From contig CALRAE010000003.1 of NCBI GenBank assembly GCA_943350445.1, positions 1-61,172 on the forward strand: a stretch of 61,172 nt of DNA. The letters run 5' to 3'. Position numbers and translations under genes: made by a program. The stretch is from Candidatus Nomurabacteria bacterium. GTDB lineage: Bacteria; Patescibacteriota; Minisyncoccia; Phycocordibacterales; UBA9973. Positions within the stretch are counted from its first letter, which is position 1; every line of letters begins with the position of its first letter. The notes beneath the pieces are model-generated. The model worked only from the letters and a program-made list of their open reading frames with translations, had not been told where the DNA came from and did no database searches. Below are positions 25,969-36,094 of the stretch, piece after piece.

Positions 25969-27900
25969 ATGTTTGTTGTAAAAAGATCTCATCACAATCC
26001 AATTCTTGTCCCAGATAAAGACCATTACTGGGAAGCCTTCGCCACTTTTAATATGAGTGTTATTAAAAAAAGCCTTAGATTTTTTGGTGTTTATCGCGCT
26101 ATTTCTGCAGTAGATAGACTCCGAACACCACAACAATTTTCAATTATAGGTATTGGGAAAAGTAAAGATGGTACATATTTTGAAGAACGTGTACCGTTTG
26201 TTATACCCGTGGAAGAATGGGAGAAATATGGCTGTGAAGATCCGCGCATCACTTATTTTGAAGGGCTATATTATATATTTTATACAGCCCTTTCTAAGTA
26301 TCCATTTGAAGCGAGTGGAATCAAAGTGGCAGTCGCTGTTTCCAAAGATTTAAAAAAAATAAAAGAGAGGCATTTAGTGACACCCTTTAATGCCAAAGCC
26401 ATGACTCTTTTCCCAGAGCGTATCGGGGGCAAAATCACCGTGATTCTCTCGGTCAATACTGATATGCCTCCTGTAAAAACTGCCATAGCCCAAGTGGATA
26501 AAATAGAAGAATTATGGAATCCAAAATTTTGGGAAGGGTGGTATCAAGATATTGACAAACATGTTATTGATTTTAAAAGATCTCCTTATGACCATATTGA
26601 AGTCGGTGCTCCACCTATTAAAACTTCTCATGGCTGGCTCTTTATATATTCACATATTCAAAATTATTTTTCTTCCCCTGAAAATTTAAATCGCATATTC
26701 GGAATTGAGGCGGTAATTTTGGATTTTGATAATCCGCTTAAAATTCTTGGGCGTACAGGTGGCCCACTACTGGCTCCTCGTGAATCATACGAACTTTTAG
26801 GCCATGTTCCCGATGTCATCTTTCCAGCGGGAGCAATTATAAAGAAAGATACACTTTTTATATATTATGGAGCAGCTGATATGACCACTTGCGTCGCTCA
26901 TGTAAACTTGCAAGACCTTATGGGAACCATGCGTCCCGAGACAAGTTCACATTGGCATTTCAAACGATCCTTACAGAATCCGATCATTACACCTAATAAA
27001 AAACACCCATGGGAGGCGAAAGCGACTTTCAATCCAGCTGTCTTGCGGATACGAAATATAACACACATATTATATCGAACCCTTTCCGATGATAATACTT
27101 CTTATATTGGATATGCCAGTAGTCGTGATGGTGTTAATATTGACGAGCGGTTGTTAGAACCTATCTATAGTCCAAGGGAGGATTTTGAATCAAAAAAAAT
27201 TGCTGGAGGAAATTCAGGCTGTGAAGATCCGCGTCTTACTAAAATAGGGAAAATTATTTATATGTGCTACACAGCCTTTAACGGCATTGGTCCGCCGCGA
27301 GTGGCTATTACTTCTATTACAGAGAAAAACTTTTTACAAAAGAATTGGCAATGGAAAAAACCTATTTTAATCACTCCAGCTGGTTTTGATGACAAAGATA
27401 CCTGTATTTTCCCTAAAAAAATCAAAGGTCAGTACTTTATTTTGCATCGTGTCGGCGACGAAATATGCGGAGATTATTTAAAATCGCTTAATTTTGAAAA
27501 GGAAACTGTCACTAAGTGCATTAGAATTATAGGGCCCAGAATAAATAGTTGGGATAGCTCCAAAGTTGGCATCTCGGCGCCACCGATAAAAACAAAAAAT
27601 GGCTGGCTACTTCTTTACCATGGGGTTTCCAAGAGTCATAATACCTATCGTATTGGAGCAATTCTACTTGATTTAAATGACCCGGCCATAGTGCTTGCGC
27701 GTACCACTGACCCCATATTTGCACCGCAAGAATTATACGAAAAAGTCGGGGTAGTTAATAATGTTGTTTTTCCGTGCGGTATGGCCCTCAAAGATCGTTT
27801 TCTCTATATATATTATGGCGCGGCTGATACCGTAGTTGGAGTGGCAACCATAGAATTAGATATTGTCTTAAAAGCTCTGACCAGGGATATTAAGAAATAA
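25969..27900 (+). CDS. tandem double GH130/DUF377-domain protein
   Basis: The same block set appears twice (CEDPRITY...HGWLFIY, then CEDPRLTK...NGWLLLYHG). 643 aa. Confidence 0.7.
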   Translation: MFVVKRSHHNPILVPDKDHYWEAFATFNMSVIKKSLRFFGVYRAISAVDRLRTPQQFSIIGIGKSKDGTYFEERVPFVIPVEEWEKYGCEDPRITYFEGLYYIFYTALSKYPFEASGIKVAVAVSKDLKKIKERHLVTPFNAKAMTLFPERIGGKITVILSVNTDMPPVKTAIAQVDKIEELWNPKFWEGWYQDIDKHVIDFKRSPYDHIEVGAPPIKTSHGWLFIYSHIQNYFSSPENLNRIFGIEAVILDFDNPLKILGRTGGPLLAPRESYELLGHVPDVIFPAGAIIKKDTLFIYYGAADMTTCVAHVNLQDLMGTMRPETSSHWHFKRSLQNPIITPNKKHPWEAKATFNPAVLRIRNITHILYRTLSDDNTSYIGYASSRDGVNIDERLLEPIYSPREDFESKKIAGGNSGCEDPRLTKIGKIIYMCYTAFNGIGPPRVAITSITEKNFLQKNWQWKKPILITPAGFDDKDTCIFPKKIKGQYFILHRVGDEICGDYLKSLNFEKETVTKCIRIIGPRINSWDSSKVGISAPPIKTKNGWLLLYHGVSKSHNTYRIGAILLDLNDPAIVLARTTDPIFAPQELYEKVGVVNNVVFPCGMALKDRFLYIYYGAADTVVGVATIELDIVLKALTRDIKK

Positions 27901-28005
27901 AATAATATAATTAAATGTGTGGATTCAAAACCACAAGAAAGTGTTGGAGTTAATGGGTTGAAGATTTTAAAGGATCTACTTTTTCTGGTCTCAGTATATG
28001 AATCA

Positions 28006-28040
28006 GGGAGTTTCTTCCGGCAGATTTGCTTATGCAGAAA
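28006..28040 (+). repeat. 35-bp perfect direct repeat, copy 2 (relic HAD C-terminus)
   Basis: Identical to 24435-24469. In the HAD frame it reads GEFLPADLLMQKVL followed by a stop. Confidence 0.95.
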
Positions 28041-28200
28041 GTTTTGTAATTAAGTTAAATTATTTTTTAGGAGGAAGTAGGTTATCAAGTTCTTCCATTG
28101 TCTCTGGTATCCACGCAGCAAGTAGTCGATTGACAACAATTGTTCCTGTGAAAGCCATGCGGGTTTTATTACCTGACTTTGTCGTCTCGCTTTTATATGC

Positions 28201-28413
28201 CTAAAAGTCAGCTTTTGTAACTAAGCCTCTAGTATAGTTTTTTATTTTATACCAAATCTCAGCACCTGTTTCAGTTAGTTCGGCAAGATTCATTACAGTT
28301 TCAGTAGGAATGTTACCCTTTGCAACTATAAGTTCAACCATCTCTTTACGGAAGGCTTCCATATCTATTTGACCTTCTTTTTTATTTTGGGGTGGTGTGT
28401 CCATTTGTGACAT
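28201..28413 (-). CDS. hypothetical small protein (70 aa)
   Basis: Start moved to ATG 28413 (MSQMDTPPQNKK...), which lies 6 nt after a CATACT -10-like hexamer. Confidence 0.45.
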   Translation of the reverse strand: MSQMDTPPQNKKEGQIDMEAFRKEMVELIVAKGNIPTETVMNLAELTETGAEIWYKIKNYTRGLVTKADF

Positions 28414-28442
28414 CAGTCTAGTATGTATGCTATAATGTATAT

Positions 28443-28841
28443 ATGCAAATAAATCTAGTAGCAAAAAATGTAGAGTTAACAGAAGACATTAAAAACTATG
28501 TCTCAAAGAGAGTTACTAATCTAGAAAAGTTACTGACAAGAATCGAGGAGGCTGGTGGGAAAGTGATGGCTAATTTTGAAGTTAGTAAATCTACAAATCA
28601 CCATAAAGCTGGCGAGGTTTTTCATGCAGACTGTTTGATTAAAATAGATGGAAAAGAATTTTATGGGAGTGCTGATAAAGAAGACTTTTATGCAGCAGTA
28701 GATGACGTCAAAGACAGCCTATACTATGAAATAAACAAAAATAAAGACCGCACACAGACTCTATTCAAAAGAGGGGCTGCAAGTATTAAGAAAATGATGA
28801 AAGGCCTATCAAAGAAGAATCCTTTTACTTCAAAATATTAG
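28443..28841 (+). CDS. hpf: ribosome hibernation factor (HPF/RaiA family)
   Basis: The N-terminus is MQINLVAKNVELTEDIKNYVSKRV. 132 aa. Confidence 0.75.
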   Translation: MQINLVAKNVELTEDIKNYVSKRVTNLEKLLTRIEEAGGKVMANFEVSKSTNHHKAGEVFHADCLIKIDGKEFYGSADKEDFYAAVDDVKDSLYYEINKNKDRTQTLFKRGAASIKKMMKGLSKKNPFTSKY

Positions 28842-29697
28842 TTTTAAGAAAATCCTCGTATTTTATTTCCTTTTTGCCTTCAGGTAGGACTTTTTTGATT
28901 ACAAACTGTTTACCCTGAGTTTCGTCGAAGGGGTTGTTTTCTAATATGGCATCAGTAATTATTATTCTCTTATTATTCTGGAAGAAGAAAGTTCTGGGCC
29001 ATAGGGCATAAGCTCTAAATTTGTTGTAATTTTTTACTGCATCAGCTTTTAAATCTATAAGTCCGTCCTCTTTCTTTATTTTTTTACAAACCGAAGTAAG
29101 GCTTCCTTTTTGAGGAGTTAATTTTATTTTTCCTTCAGTAAAGTTTAGTAAAGTTTTTATTAAAAGTTCTCCACCTATTTTTATCAAACGTTTACGTAGA
29201 TCAGGTGCTTTTTCATCTGCTAATATATTGACTTTTTCTTGAGCAATAATTGCTCCAGAGTCGATTTTGTACTCAATTTGCTGAATGCTGACCCCAGTTT
29301 CAGTGTCTCCATTTAAAATAGCTGACTCTACAGGGGAAGCACCACGGTATTTAGGCAGGAGTGAATAGTGAATGTTGATCGAGCCCAATTCTGGCATGCT
29401 TATAAGTTTTTTGGGCATTATTTTGCCGTAAGCAACGACTATAGATAGCTTATGGTTTATGTCTTGTAGCTTTCTAGAAAATTCTTCGTCTAATTTTTCT
29501 GGCTGTATATATGGAATATTATTTTCTATTGCCCAAATTTTTACTGGCGTGGGAGTCATGAGCATTTTACGTCCTTGGGGTTTATCTGGAGAGGTAGCAA
29601 TGAGTGAAGGTAAAAATCCAGCTTGTTTTAAAATTTCAAGCGTTTCACTGGCTACATCTGGTGTGCCAAAAAAGACAAAGTTTAATTTATTTTGCAT
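28825..29697 (-). CDS. fmt: methionyl-tRNA formyltransferase
   Basis: N-terminus FFGTPDVA, the motif SLLPKYRGASP, and a position downstream of def. Confidence 0.9.
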   Translation of the reverse strand: MQNKLNFVFFGTPDVASETLEILKQAGFLPSLIATSPDKPQGRKMLMTPTPVKIWAIENNIPYIQPEKLDEEFSRKLQDINHKLSIVVAYGKIMPKKLISMPELGSINIHYSLLPKYRGASPVESAILNGDTETGVSIQQIEYKIDSGAIIAQEKVNILADEKAPDLRKRLIKIGGELLIKTLLNFTEGKIKLTPQKGSLTSVCKKIKKEDGLIDLKADAVKNYNKFRAYALWPRTFFFQNNKRIIITDAILENNPFDETQGKQFVIKKVLPEGKKEIKYEDFLKTNILK

Positions 29698-29698
29698 G

Positions 29699-30268
29699 TT
29701 ATTTGTTTATTTCTTCTGCCTTGATATCCTTTGCGTGATCGATAAAGAGGATGCCGTTTAGATGTTCTGTTTCATGTTGGAATATTTGCGCGAGTAATCC
29801 AGATCCGCCACGGGTGAATTTCTTACCATTTTCATCATAAGCCGTAGCCGTAGCCTTCTTTGATCTTAAAGTTTTGCCATAAAGTGGACGGACAGAGAGG
29901 CATCCTTCTGGTATCCAATCTTTTTCACGGGACAGTTTAGAAATTTTCGGATTAATAAAGACAAGGTTCTTTGGTTCTTCCTCTCTTTTTATTTCTTCAG
30001 AGGTTTTAACTAAATTATTTTGGTTTAACATTCTTTCTTCTCGGCTTTTAGCAAAATCTTGCGCGAATATTTTACCCGACACAATAAAGATGCGTAAAGA
30101 ATATCCTATCTGGGGTGCTGCGATAGCTACACCATCATCTTGGCTCTTTAGGGCTTCAGACATTTCTTTTAAAACCTTTTTTATTTTAGTTGTTTGAATA
30201 TCAGCAATAGGAACTTCCTTTGCCATGAGATGTAAGACCTTTTCTTCTTTTTGAAGAATTTTCTTCAT
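29699..30268 (-). CDS. def: peptide deformylase
   Basis: Motifs GVAIAAPQIG, EGCLS and HETEHL. A ~30-aa insertion lies between motifs 1 and 2. Confidence 0.9.
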   Translation of the reverse strand: MKKILQKEEKVLHLMAKEVPIADIQTTKIKKVLKEMSEALKSQDDGVAIAAPQIGYSLRIFIVSGKIFAQDFAKSREERMLNQNNLVKTSEEIKREEEPKNLVFINPKISKLSREKDWIPEGCLSVRPLYGKTLRSKKATATAYDENGKKFTRGGSGLLAQIFQHETEHLNGILFIDHAKDIKAEEINK

Positions 30269-30276
30269 TCTGGTAT

Positions 30277-31572
30277 TTATTTAAGCTCTTTTAAATATTC
30301 CAAAAGTTTGGTGAGTTTGACTGTATCTTGAGATCTATTGCTCATATCTCGGACTATAACAGAATTATCAAGTGCTTCTTTGACTCCAAAGATGAGAGCA
30401 TAGGGGATAGCCAATTTTTCAGCGATTGCGAGCTGGGAACCTAGGCTGTCTTTAGAGAGTGATTGAGCGATCGGAACATGGGCCTTGCGTAGTATTTCTA
30501 TAATGTTCAAGCTTTTTAATTTCGCTTCAGCACCAAGCTGGATAAAATAAATTTTTGGTTTCTTTAATATGCGAGGAGAAAGTTTCTTATACCATTTTGA
30601 TTCGACTATTCTATCTACACCCATAGAGAATCCAACGGCTGGTACATCTTTTTTGCCACCAATTTGTTTCGCTAGATAGTCATATCTTCCACCAGAAGCC
30701 ACTTGTATTGGTGACCCACCCTCCTCTAGACTTTCTGTATATATCTCAAAAACTGTACGCGTGTAATAGGAGAGTCCACGTACTAAGTTTTTATTAATAT
30801 TGTATTGAATATTCATTTCTTCTAAATATTCCAGTACCTCTTTGAAGTGTTTTTTACAAGAGGGACACAAGAAAGAGACTGCGTCCGGCGCATCTTTATT
30901 TATCTCTTTTGTTTTTTCTTCTTTTGAATCAAGAATGCGAAGAGGGTTTGTCTTTAGTCGTTCGCGATCAATATTTGGTAATTGGCTTATATGTTTCCTA
31001 TAGTAAGCTGTAAGCTCTTTGATATATCCATTTCGACATTCCTTGTCCCCAATTGAATTTATTTCAATGGAAATATTTGGTGCTCCAGCTTCTTCTAGGA
31101 TGGTCATACCAGTTTTTATTACCAACGCATCCATGATGCTTTTATCATTTCCTAATGAATCTAGATCGAATTGCCAAAATTGTCGGTATCGTCCACGTTG
31201 AGGTTTGTCGTGTCTAAAGACGGGGCCATATTGATAGAGCATTACAGGTTGGGGGATTGTCTGCATGCCATGCTCGATATATGCGCGCATAAGTGGAGCA
31301 GTGTGCTCTGGTCGAAGCGCTAAATGATCCCCGCCTTTAGTTTTTAGAGTGTACATCTCTTTATCTATGATGTCTGTGCCTTCGCCTATGCTGGTCGTAA
31401 AGATCTCTTCATTTTCTAGTATTGGAGTCTCAATGGGTTTAAATCCGTAGTATATTGCCACTTCTTGAGCTTTTTCAAAAAAACCCTGAAATGCATAATA
31501 TTCTTCGTTCATCAAATCTCTCATTCCTTTTGGTGAAGCTATTTCAGCTCCTTTATTTTTATTTATACTCAT
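30277..31572 (-). CDS. hisS: histidine--tRNA ligase
   Basis: Class II motifs (LRPEHTAP, FRHDKPQRGRYRQFWQ, GGGRYD-like SGGRYDYL). Confidence 0.9.
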   Translation of the reverse strand: MSINKNKGAEIASPKGMRDLMNEEYYAFQGFFEKAQEVAIYYGFKPIETPILENEEIFTTSIGEGTDIIDKEMYTLKTKGGDHLALRPEHTAPLMRAYIEHGMQTIPQPVMLYQYGPVFRHDKPQRGRYRQFWQFDLDSLGNDKSIMDALVIKTGMTILEEAGAPNISIEINSIGDKECRNGYIKELTAYYRKHISQLPNIDRERLKTNPLRILDSKEEKTKEINKDAPDAVSFLCPSCKKHFKEVLEYLEEMNIQYNINKNLVRGLSYYTRTVFEIYTESLEEGGSPIQVASGGRYDYLAKQIGGKKDVPAVGFSMGVDRIVESKWYKKLSPRILKKPKIYFIQLGAEAKLKSLNIIEILRKAHVPIAQSLSKDSLGSQLAIAEKLAIPYALIFGVKEALDNSVIVRDMSNRSQDTVKLTKLLEYLKELK

Positions 31573-31584
31573 TTTCTTGATTTA

Positions 31585-32172
31585 TTAATCTTCTTTTTGT
31601 TGATAATCGCCCGGTAGTACACCCATTTTATTTATCGGAAGTAAACGTAAAAAAGCTCTTCCTGTTAGGAGATTTTTTTTCAATGCTCCCCAATATCTTG
31701 AATCAGAACTAGCACTTCTGTTGTCTCCCATTACAAAATATTCGTCATCGTTTAATTTAAGGTGGGTGTCGTTATTGGCGGTATTTTTTACGTATGGTTC
31801 ATCAAGCTTAAACCCAAGAGGATTCTTTTCATTGGTTATCGTAACGACACTGCCCTTAATGTCTACGGTTTCATTTGGAAGACCTATGATTCTTTTAACA
31901 AAAAATTTTGTTTGATCATTCGGATATTTAAACACCACCACGTCATCTCTTTGTGGCTTACTGAGTTTGTAAGATATCTTATCTACGATAAGATAGTTAC
32001 CATTTTCAAAAGTGGGTACCATGGAATTTCCTGACACAATAAATGGTTCTGCTATGAGTGTGCGGATGGGGAGGACTATTATTAAGGCTATAAATGCGAA
32101 GCGCAAGAGCTCCCAGAATGATTGTTTTCCAGATGGTGCCTGCTTTATTTCTTGGACAATTTCATTTTCCAT
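31585..32172 (-). CDS. lepB: signal peptidase I
   Basis: Motifs SGNSMVPT, KRIIGLPNE and GDNRSASSDSR. Start moved to ATG 32172, 7 nt after TGcTATATT. Confidence 0.85.
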   Translation of the reverse strand: MENEIVQEIKQAPSGKQSFWELLRFAFIALIIVLPIRTLIAEPFIVSGNSMVPTFENGNYLIVDKISYKLSKPQRDDVVVFKYPNDQTKFFVKRIIGLPNETVDIKGSVVTITNEKNPLGFKLDEPYVKNTANNDTHLKLNDDEYFVMGDNRSASSDSRYWGALKKNLLTGRAFLRLLPINKMGVLPGDYQQKED

Positions 32173-32262
32173 AGGTGTAAATATAGCATAAAAAAGTATT
32201 GACAATATGTGATAAATTGTGTCTTAATAATACTTATAAAATCTACGTGTTATTATAGAGTA

Positions 32263-32796
32263 ATGAAAATAGTCGTTGGGTTGGGAAATCCAGGGAGTGA
32301 ATATGAAAACACCAGACATAATACTGGGCGGATTCTTGTACGTATTTTTGAGGAAAAAAATACAACTAAGCAAAAAATTAAATTTATAACTCCAGACACC
32401 TTTATGAATAATTCGGGTAAGGCCGTTGTCCCATTCATTAAAACCAAGAAAGACTTGAAAGATCTCATTGTTGTTTATGATGACATTGATTTACCTTTAG
32501 GAAAAATTAAAATTTCCTTTAATCGTTCTGATGGTGGGCATAATGGATTGGGTTCTATAATAAAACTTTTAAAAAGCCAAGAATTCTTACGTATTAGGGT
32601 TGGCATTTCACCAACTACCCCAAAGGGTTTTGTAAAAAAACCAAAAGGTGAGGGTGCTGTTTTAAAATTTCTTTTGGGTGAATTTAAAAAATCAGAATTA
32701 GAATTAATCAAAAAACTCGGCAAAAAAGTAGCAGAGGCCATCGAGACTATATATTCTGAGGGTGCTGGCAAGGCGATGACTGTATACAATAATTAA
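32263..32796 (+). CDS. pth: peptidyl-tRNA hydrolase
   Basis: MKIVVGLGNPGSEYENTRHN. Start moved to the ATG 6 nt after TATTAT (32251-32256). Confidence 0.9.
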   Translation: MKIVVGLGNPGSEYENTRHNTGRILVRIFEEKNTTKQKIKFITPDTFMNNSGKAVVPFIKTKKDLKDLIVVYDDIDLPLGKIKISFNRSDGGHNGLGSIIKLLKSQEFLRIRVGISPTTPKGFVKKPKGEGAVLKFLLGEFKKSELELIKKLGKKVAEAIETIYSEGAGKAMTVYNN

Positions 32797-35700
32797 ACTT
32801 CTTTCACTGCTTCTATAATGATGCTTTTTTCACCATTGCGGTTTGATATTTTTCCTGAAAGCGCTATGCATTTTTCAGCCACTAGCACTTCAATATTGTC
32901 TTTAAATATAGAAGGGAATACCACTACTTCGATTGAACCAGTGAAATCAGATATTTTTAGGAATGCCATGCGTTCATTATTTTTGGTGATAACTTGTCTA
33001 GAGGTTTCTATTATTCCTGCGATAGTTATTTGCATGCCATTACCTACATTGTTTTCCTGACCATCATGTATTTTTTTAATATTGATACCTCGACTTTCTA
33101 TTTTCTCTCGAATGCGATCGAGTGGATGTCCAGAAATATAAAGTCCAAGCAATTCTTTTTCCCAAAGTAGTTTCTCTGCCTGGGTCGCTTCTTTGGCACT
33201 CTGTAATTTAAATTCTAGAGCTTTTATAGAGCTTGTTCCTCCAAAAAGAGAAGTCTGGTTTTGATTTTGTCTGTTCACTTCATGATTGTAGGCAAGCATG
33301 GCTTCTCCGTTTGCGATCATTACTCCTCGATCACCCCATTCATCCATACATCCAGACTTGATCAAGGCTTCCATAGATTTTTTATTTAGATTTTTATGTT
33401 TTATTCTATCTAAAAAATCAGTGATAGATTTAAATTTACCATTTGTCCTCCTCTCAAGAACGATTGAATTTGCTATATCAGTTCCCAAATTTTTGATTGT
33501 ATAAAATCCAAACCTTATTTTTTTGCTTTTGTTTTTGTCACTTATTGTGGTGTCCTTTTCTTCAGGTAGGCAAGTAAAATCGCCATAGCTTTCATTTATG
33601 TGTGGAGGTAAAACTGGGATATTCATGTTCTTACATTCCTTAATTATTTCGGAAATTTTTTCTACGTCACCAGATTCAGCCGTGAGGATGGCTGCCATAT
33701 ATTCGACAGGATAATTCGCTTTCATGTATGCAGTCTGGTAGGCGACTTTTCCATAAGAAGCTGCGTGAGCCTTGTTGAATCCGTATGCCTGGAATGGTTC
33801 GAAGAGTTTCCATAATTTTTCAGCAAATGCTGGGGTCTGTCCATTGGCGATAATTCCTTTCGTTAATTTATCTCTTTGCGCCGCCATTTCTGCTGGGATT
33901 TTTTTACCCACCGCCTTACGGAACTTGTCCGCTTCCTCCCAGTTGTAACCTGCGAGTTCGATAGCAGAAAAGAGAAGGTCGTCTTGATACACGATCAGTC
34001 CATAAGATTCACCTAAGAATTTCTTCATTCTTGGATCTAAATACCTTACGAGCGCTGGGTTATGTTTTCTTTTAATATATTCTGGGATCGATTCCATCGG
34101 ACCTGGGCGATATAGAGCGACCATAGCATTGATGTCGTGAATAGAAGAGGGCTTGAGCTCTTTTAAATATCTCGTCATCCCGGAACCGTTTAATTGGAAT
34201 AGTCCCTCTGTTTGACCACTTGCTAAAAGTTCAAAAGTTTTTTTGTCATCGAGGGGGACATTCTCTATGTCTATATTTATGTTATAGAATCTTTTCACCA
34301 TGCTGACAGCATCGGCCAATATAGATAAGTTTCGAATACCCAAGAAGTCGAACTTTAGAAGCCCCGCTTCTTCGATGTTGTACATATCATATTGAGTGAT
34401 GATTTTCCCAGAACCGTCTGTGCCTCCTTTTGGGTCGTATTGAAGTGGCACATATTCTACGAGTGGTATGGGGGAAATAACGACTCCAGCAGCGTGCACT
34501 GAGATGTGTCTGACGCATCCTTCTAGTTTTTTCGCTAGATCTATTATTTTTTTTGTATCCTTTTCTGTTTTGTATGCAGCTTTGAGTTCTGGGGTTATCT
34601 CCATCGCATGATCTATGGTCATGGGCATACCTTGTGAGCCCATTGGGATCATTTTAGAAAGCCTGTCACCAACAGTGTATGGATATGCTAGCGCACGAGC
34701 CACGTCTTTGACCGCACCACGTGCCATCATCGTACCGAAAGTTCCTATTTGTGCCACTTTATCTTCTCCATATTTGCTTTTAACGTACTCGATCATCTGG
34801 TCTCTTCTGTTGTCAGCAAAGTCCATATCGATATCGGGAGCAGAGGGGCGAAATGGATTCAAAAATCTTTCAAAGGGAAGTTTGTACTCGATTGGATTCA
34901 CGTTTGTGATGCCGAGGAGGTATGTCGCCATTGATCCAGCCACGGATCCTCGGATGGTGGTCAGAATTCCATTTTCTTTTGCGTATCTCAAGAGATCACC
35001 CACCACGAGGAAGTAAGGAGCGTACCCTTTATCTTTTATGACTTTCAACTCATACTCTACACGTTCTTTTATTTCAGCTATCTCTTTAAGTTCTCGTCTT
35101 TTAAAACCGGCATAGGTTAATTCACGCAGTTTCTCATCATAACTTTTTCCATCTTCAACTTTAAAATCAGGGAAAACCCATTTACCAAGTTCAAGCTCAA
35201 GGTTGCACATATCTGCCACTTTCATTGTATTTTCTACTGCCTCAGGAATATCTTTAAAAATTTCTAAAGCCTTTTTTGTATCAATGAAAGAAAAGTCATC
35301 ATTTGAGAATTCAAATTTAGCTCCTTCTTTGCCATCACCCTGGGTATTTATTTGTAATAGAGTATGGTGCGCATCATGGTCATCACTACAGGGGTAGTGT
35401 GAGTCTTGGGTACCAACGATTGGGACATCGTGTTTCCTTGCAAGCTTGATTAATGTTTCTCGAACCTGTTTGTCATTTTCTACTGAAGGGTGACATTGTA
35501 TTTCTATAAAGTAATTTTCTTTACCAAAAATGCTTTGGTATTCCAAAACAAGTTCATCTGCTTTTTTAGTGTCACCTTTCATCACCGTTTGTGACAATTC
35601 TCCACCCAGACATCCCGATAGGGCTATTATTCCATTTGAATACTTTCTCAATATTTCTTTGTCCATCCTCGGCTTGTAGTAATAGCCTTCGAGGTTGGAA

Positions 35701-36050
35701 ATTGTTACCAGCTTCATTAAGTTTTTATAACCCTCCAGATTTTTCGCGAGCAATATCAGGTGATAGTAGCGCTTTGTGCCTCCAGCTTCTGTCGTTCGGT
35801 CTAGGCGGGAACCCGCTGTCATGTAAGCCTCTACTCCTATAATCGGCTTGATGCCTTCCTTTTTTGCCAATTTGTAAAATTCAATCGCGCCATACATGTT
35901 CCCATGGTCAGTAATTGCCATGGCCGGCATTCCAGCTTTCTTCGCGAGCGCCACCAAATCTTCAAGCTTCGAAAGCCCGTCGAGGAGGGAATAGTGCGAG
36001 TGGGTATGGAGGTGGATGAATTTTATGTCTTTGCTTTCTTCTTTTTCCAT
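32793..36050 (-). CDS. dnaE: DNA polymerase III alpha subunit
   Basis: 1085 aa with a PHP domain (FIHLHTHSHYSLLDG), the polymerase core and a C-terminal OB fold. Confidence 0.95.
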   Translation of the reverse strand: MEKEESKDIKFIHLHTHSHYSLLDGLSKLEDLVALAKKAGMPAMAITDHGNMYGAIEFYKLAKKEGIKPIIGVEAYMTAGSRLDRTTEAGGTKRYYHLILLAKNLEGYKNLMKLVTISNLEGYYYKPRMDKEILRKYSNGIIALSGCLGGELSQTVMKGDTKKADELVLEYQSIFGKENYFIEIQCHPSVENDKQVRETLIKLARKHDVPIVGTQDSHYPCSDDHDAHHTLLQINTQGDGKEGAKFEFSNDDFSFIDTKKALEIFKDIPEAVENTMKVADMCNLELELGKWVFPDFKVEDGKSYDEKLRELTYAGFKRRELKEIAEIKERVEYELKVIKDKGYAPYFLVVGDLLRYAKENGILTTIRGSVAGSMATYLLGITNVNPIEYKLPFERFLNPFRPSAPDIDMDFADNRRDQMIEYVKSKYGEDKVAQIGTFGTMMARGAVKDVARALAYPYTVGDRLSKMIPMGSQGMPMTIDHAMEITPELKAAYKTEKDTKKIIDLAKKLEGCVRHISVHAAGVVISPIPLVEYVPLQYDPKGGTDGSGKIITQYDMYNIEEAGLLKFDFLGIRNLSILADAVSMVKRFYNINIDIENVPLDDKKTFELLASGQTEGLFQLNGSGMTRYLKELKPSSIHDINAMVALYRPGPMESIPEYIKRKHNPALVRYLDPRMKKFLGESYGLIVYQDDLLFSAIELAGYNWEEADKFRKAVGKKIPAEMAAQRDKLTKGIIANGQTPAFAEKLWKLFEPFQAYGFNKAHAASYGKVAYQTAYMKANYPVEYMAAILTAESGDVEKISEIIKECKNMNIPVLPPHINESYGDFTCLPEEKDTTISDKNKSKKIRFGFYTIKNLGTDIANSIVLERRTNGKFKSITDFLDRIKHKNLNKKSMEALIKSGCMDEWGDRGVMIANGEAMLAYNHEVNRQNQNQTSLFGGTSSIKALEFKLQSAKEATQAEKLLWEKELLGLYISGHPLDRIREKIESRGINIKKIHDGQENNVGNGMQITIAGIIETSRQVITKNNERMAFLKISDFTGSIEVVVFPSIFKDNIEVLVAEKCIALSGKISNRNGEKSIIIEAVKEV

Positions 36051-36094
36051 TTTTTGATTATACCTTTTTTATTATTATTTGGTATAATGTTGAA

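Noticed and set aside
27998-28204. A 68-aa plus-strand ORF downstream of the GH130 genes, and a 32-codon minus-strand ORF (MAFTGTIVVNRLLAAW...) in the same spacer.
   Set aside because: The plus ORF starts inside the relic repeat copy in the wrong frame and has no promoter geometry. The minus ORF is short and unsupported. The region is better explained as a scar left by the cassette gain.
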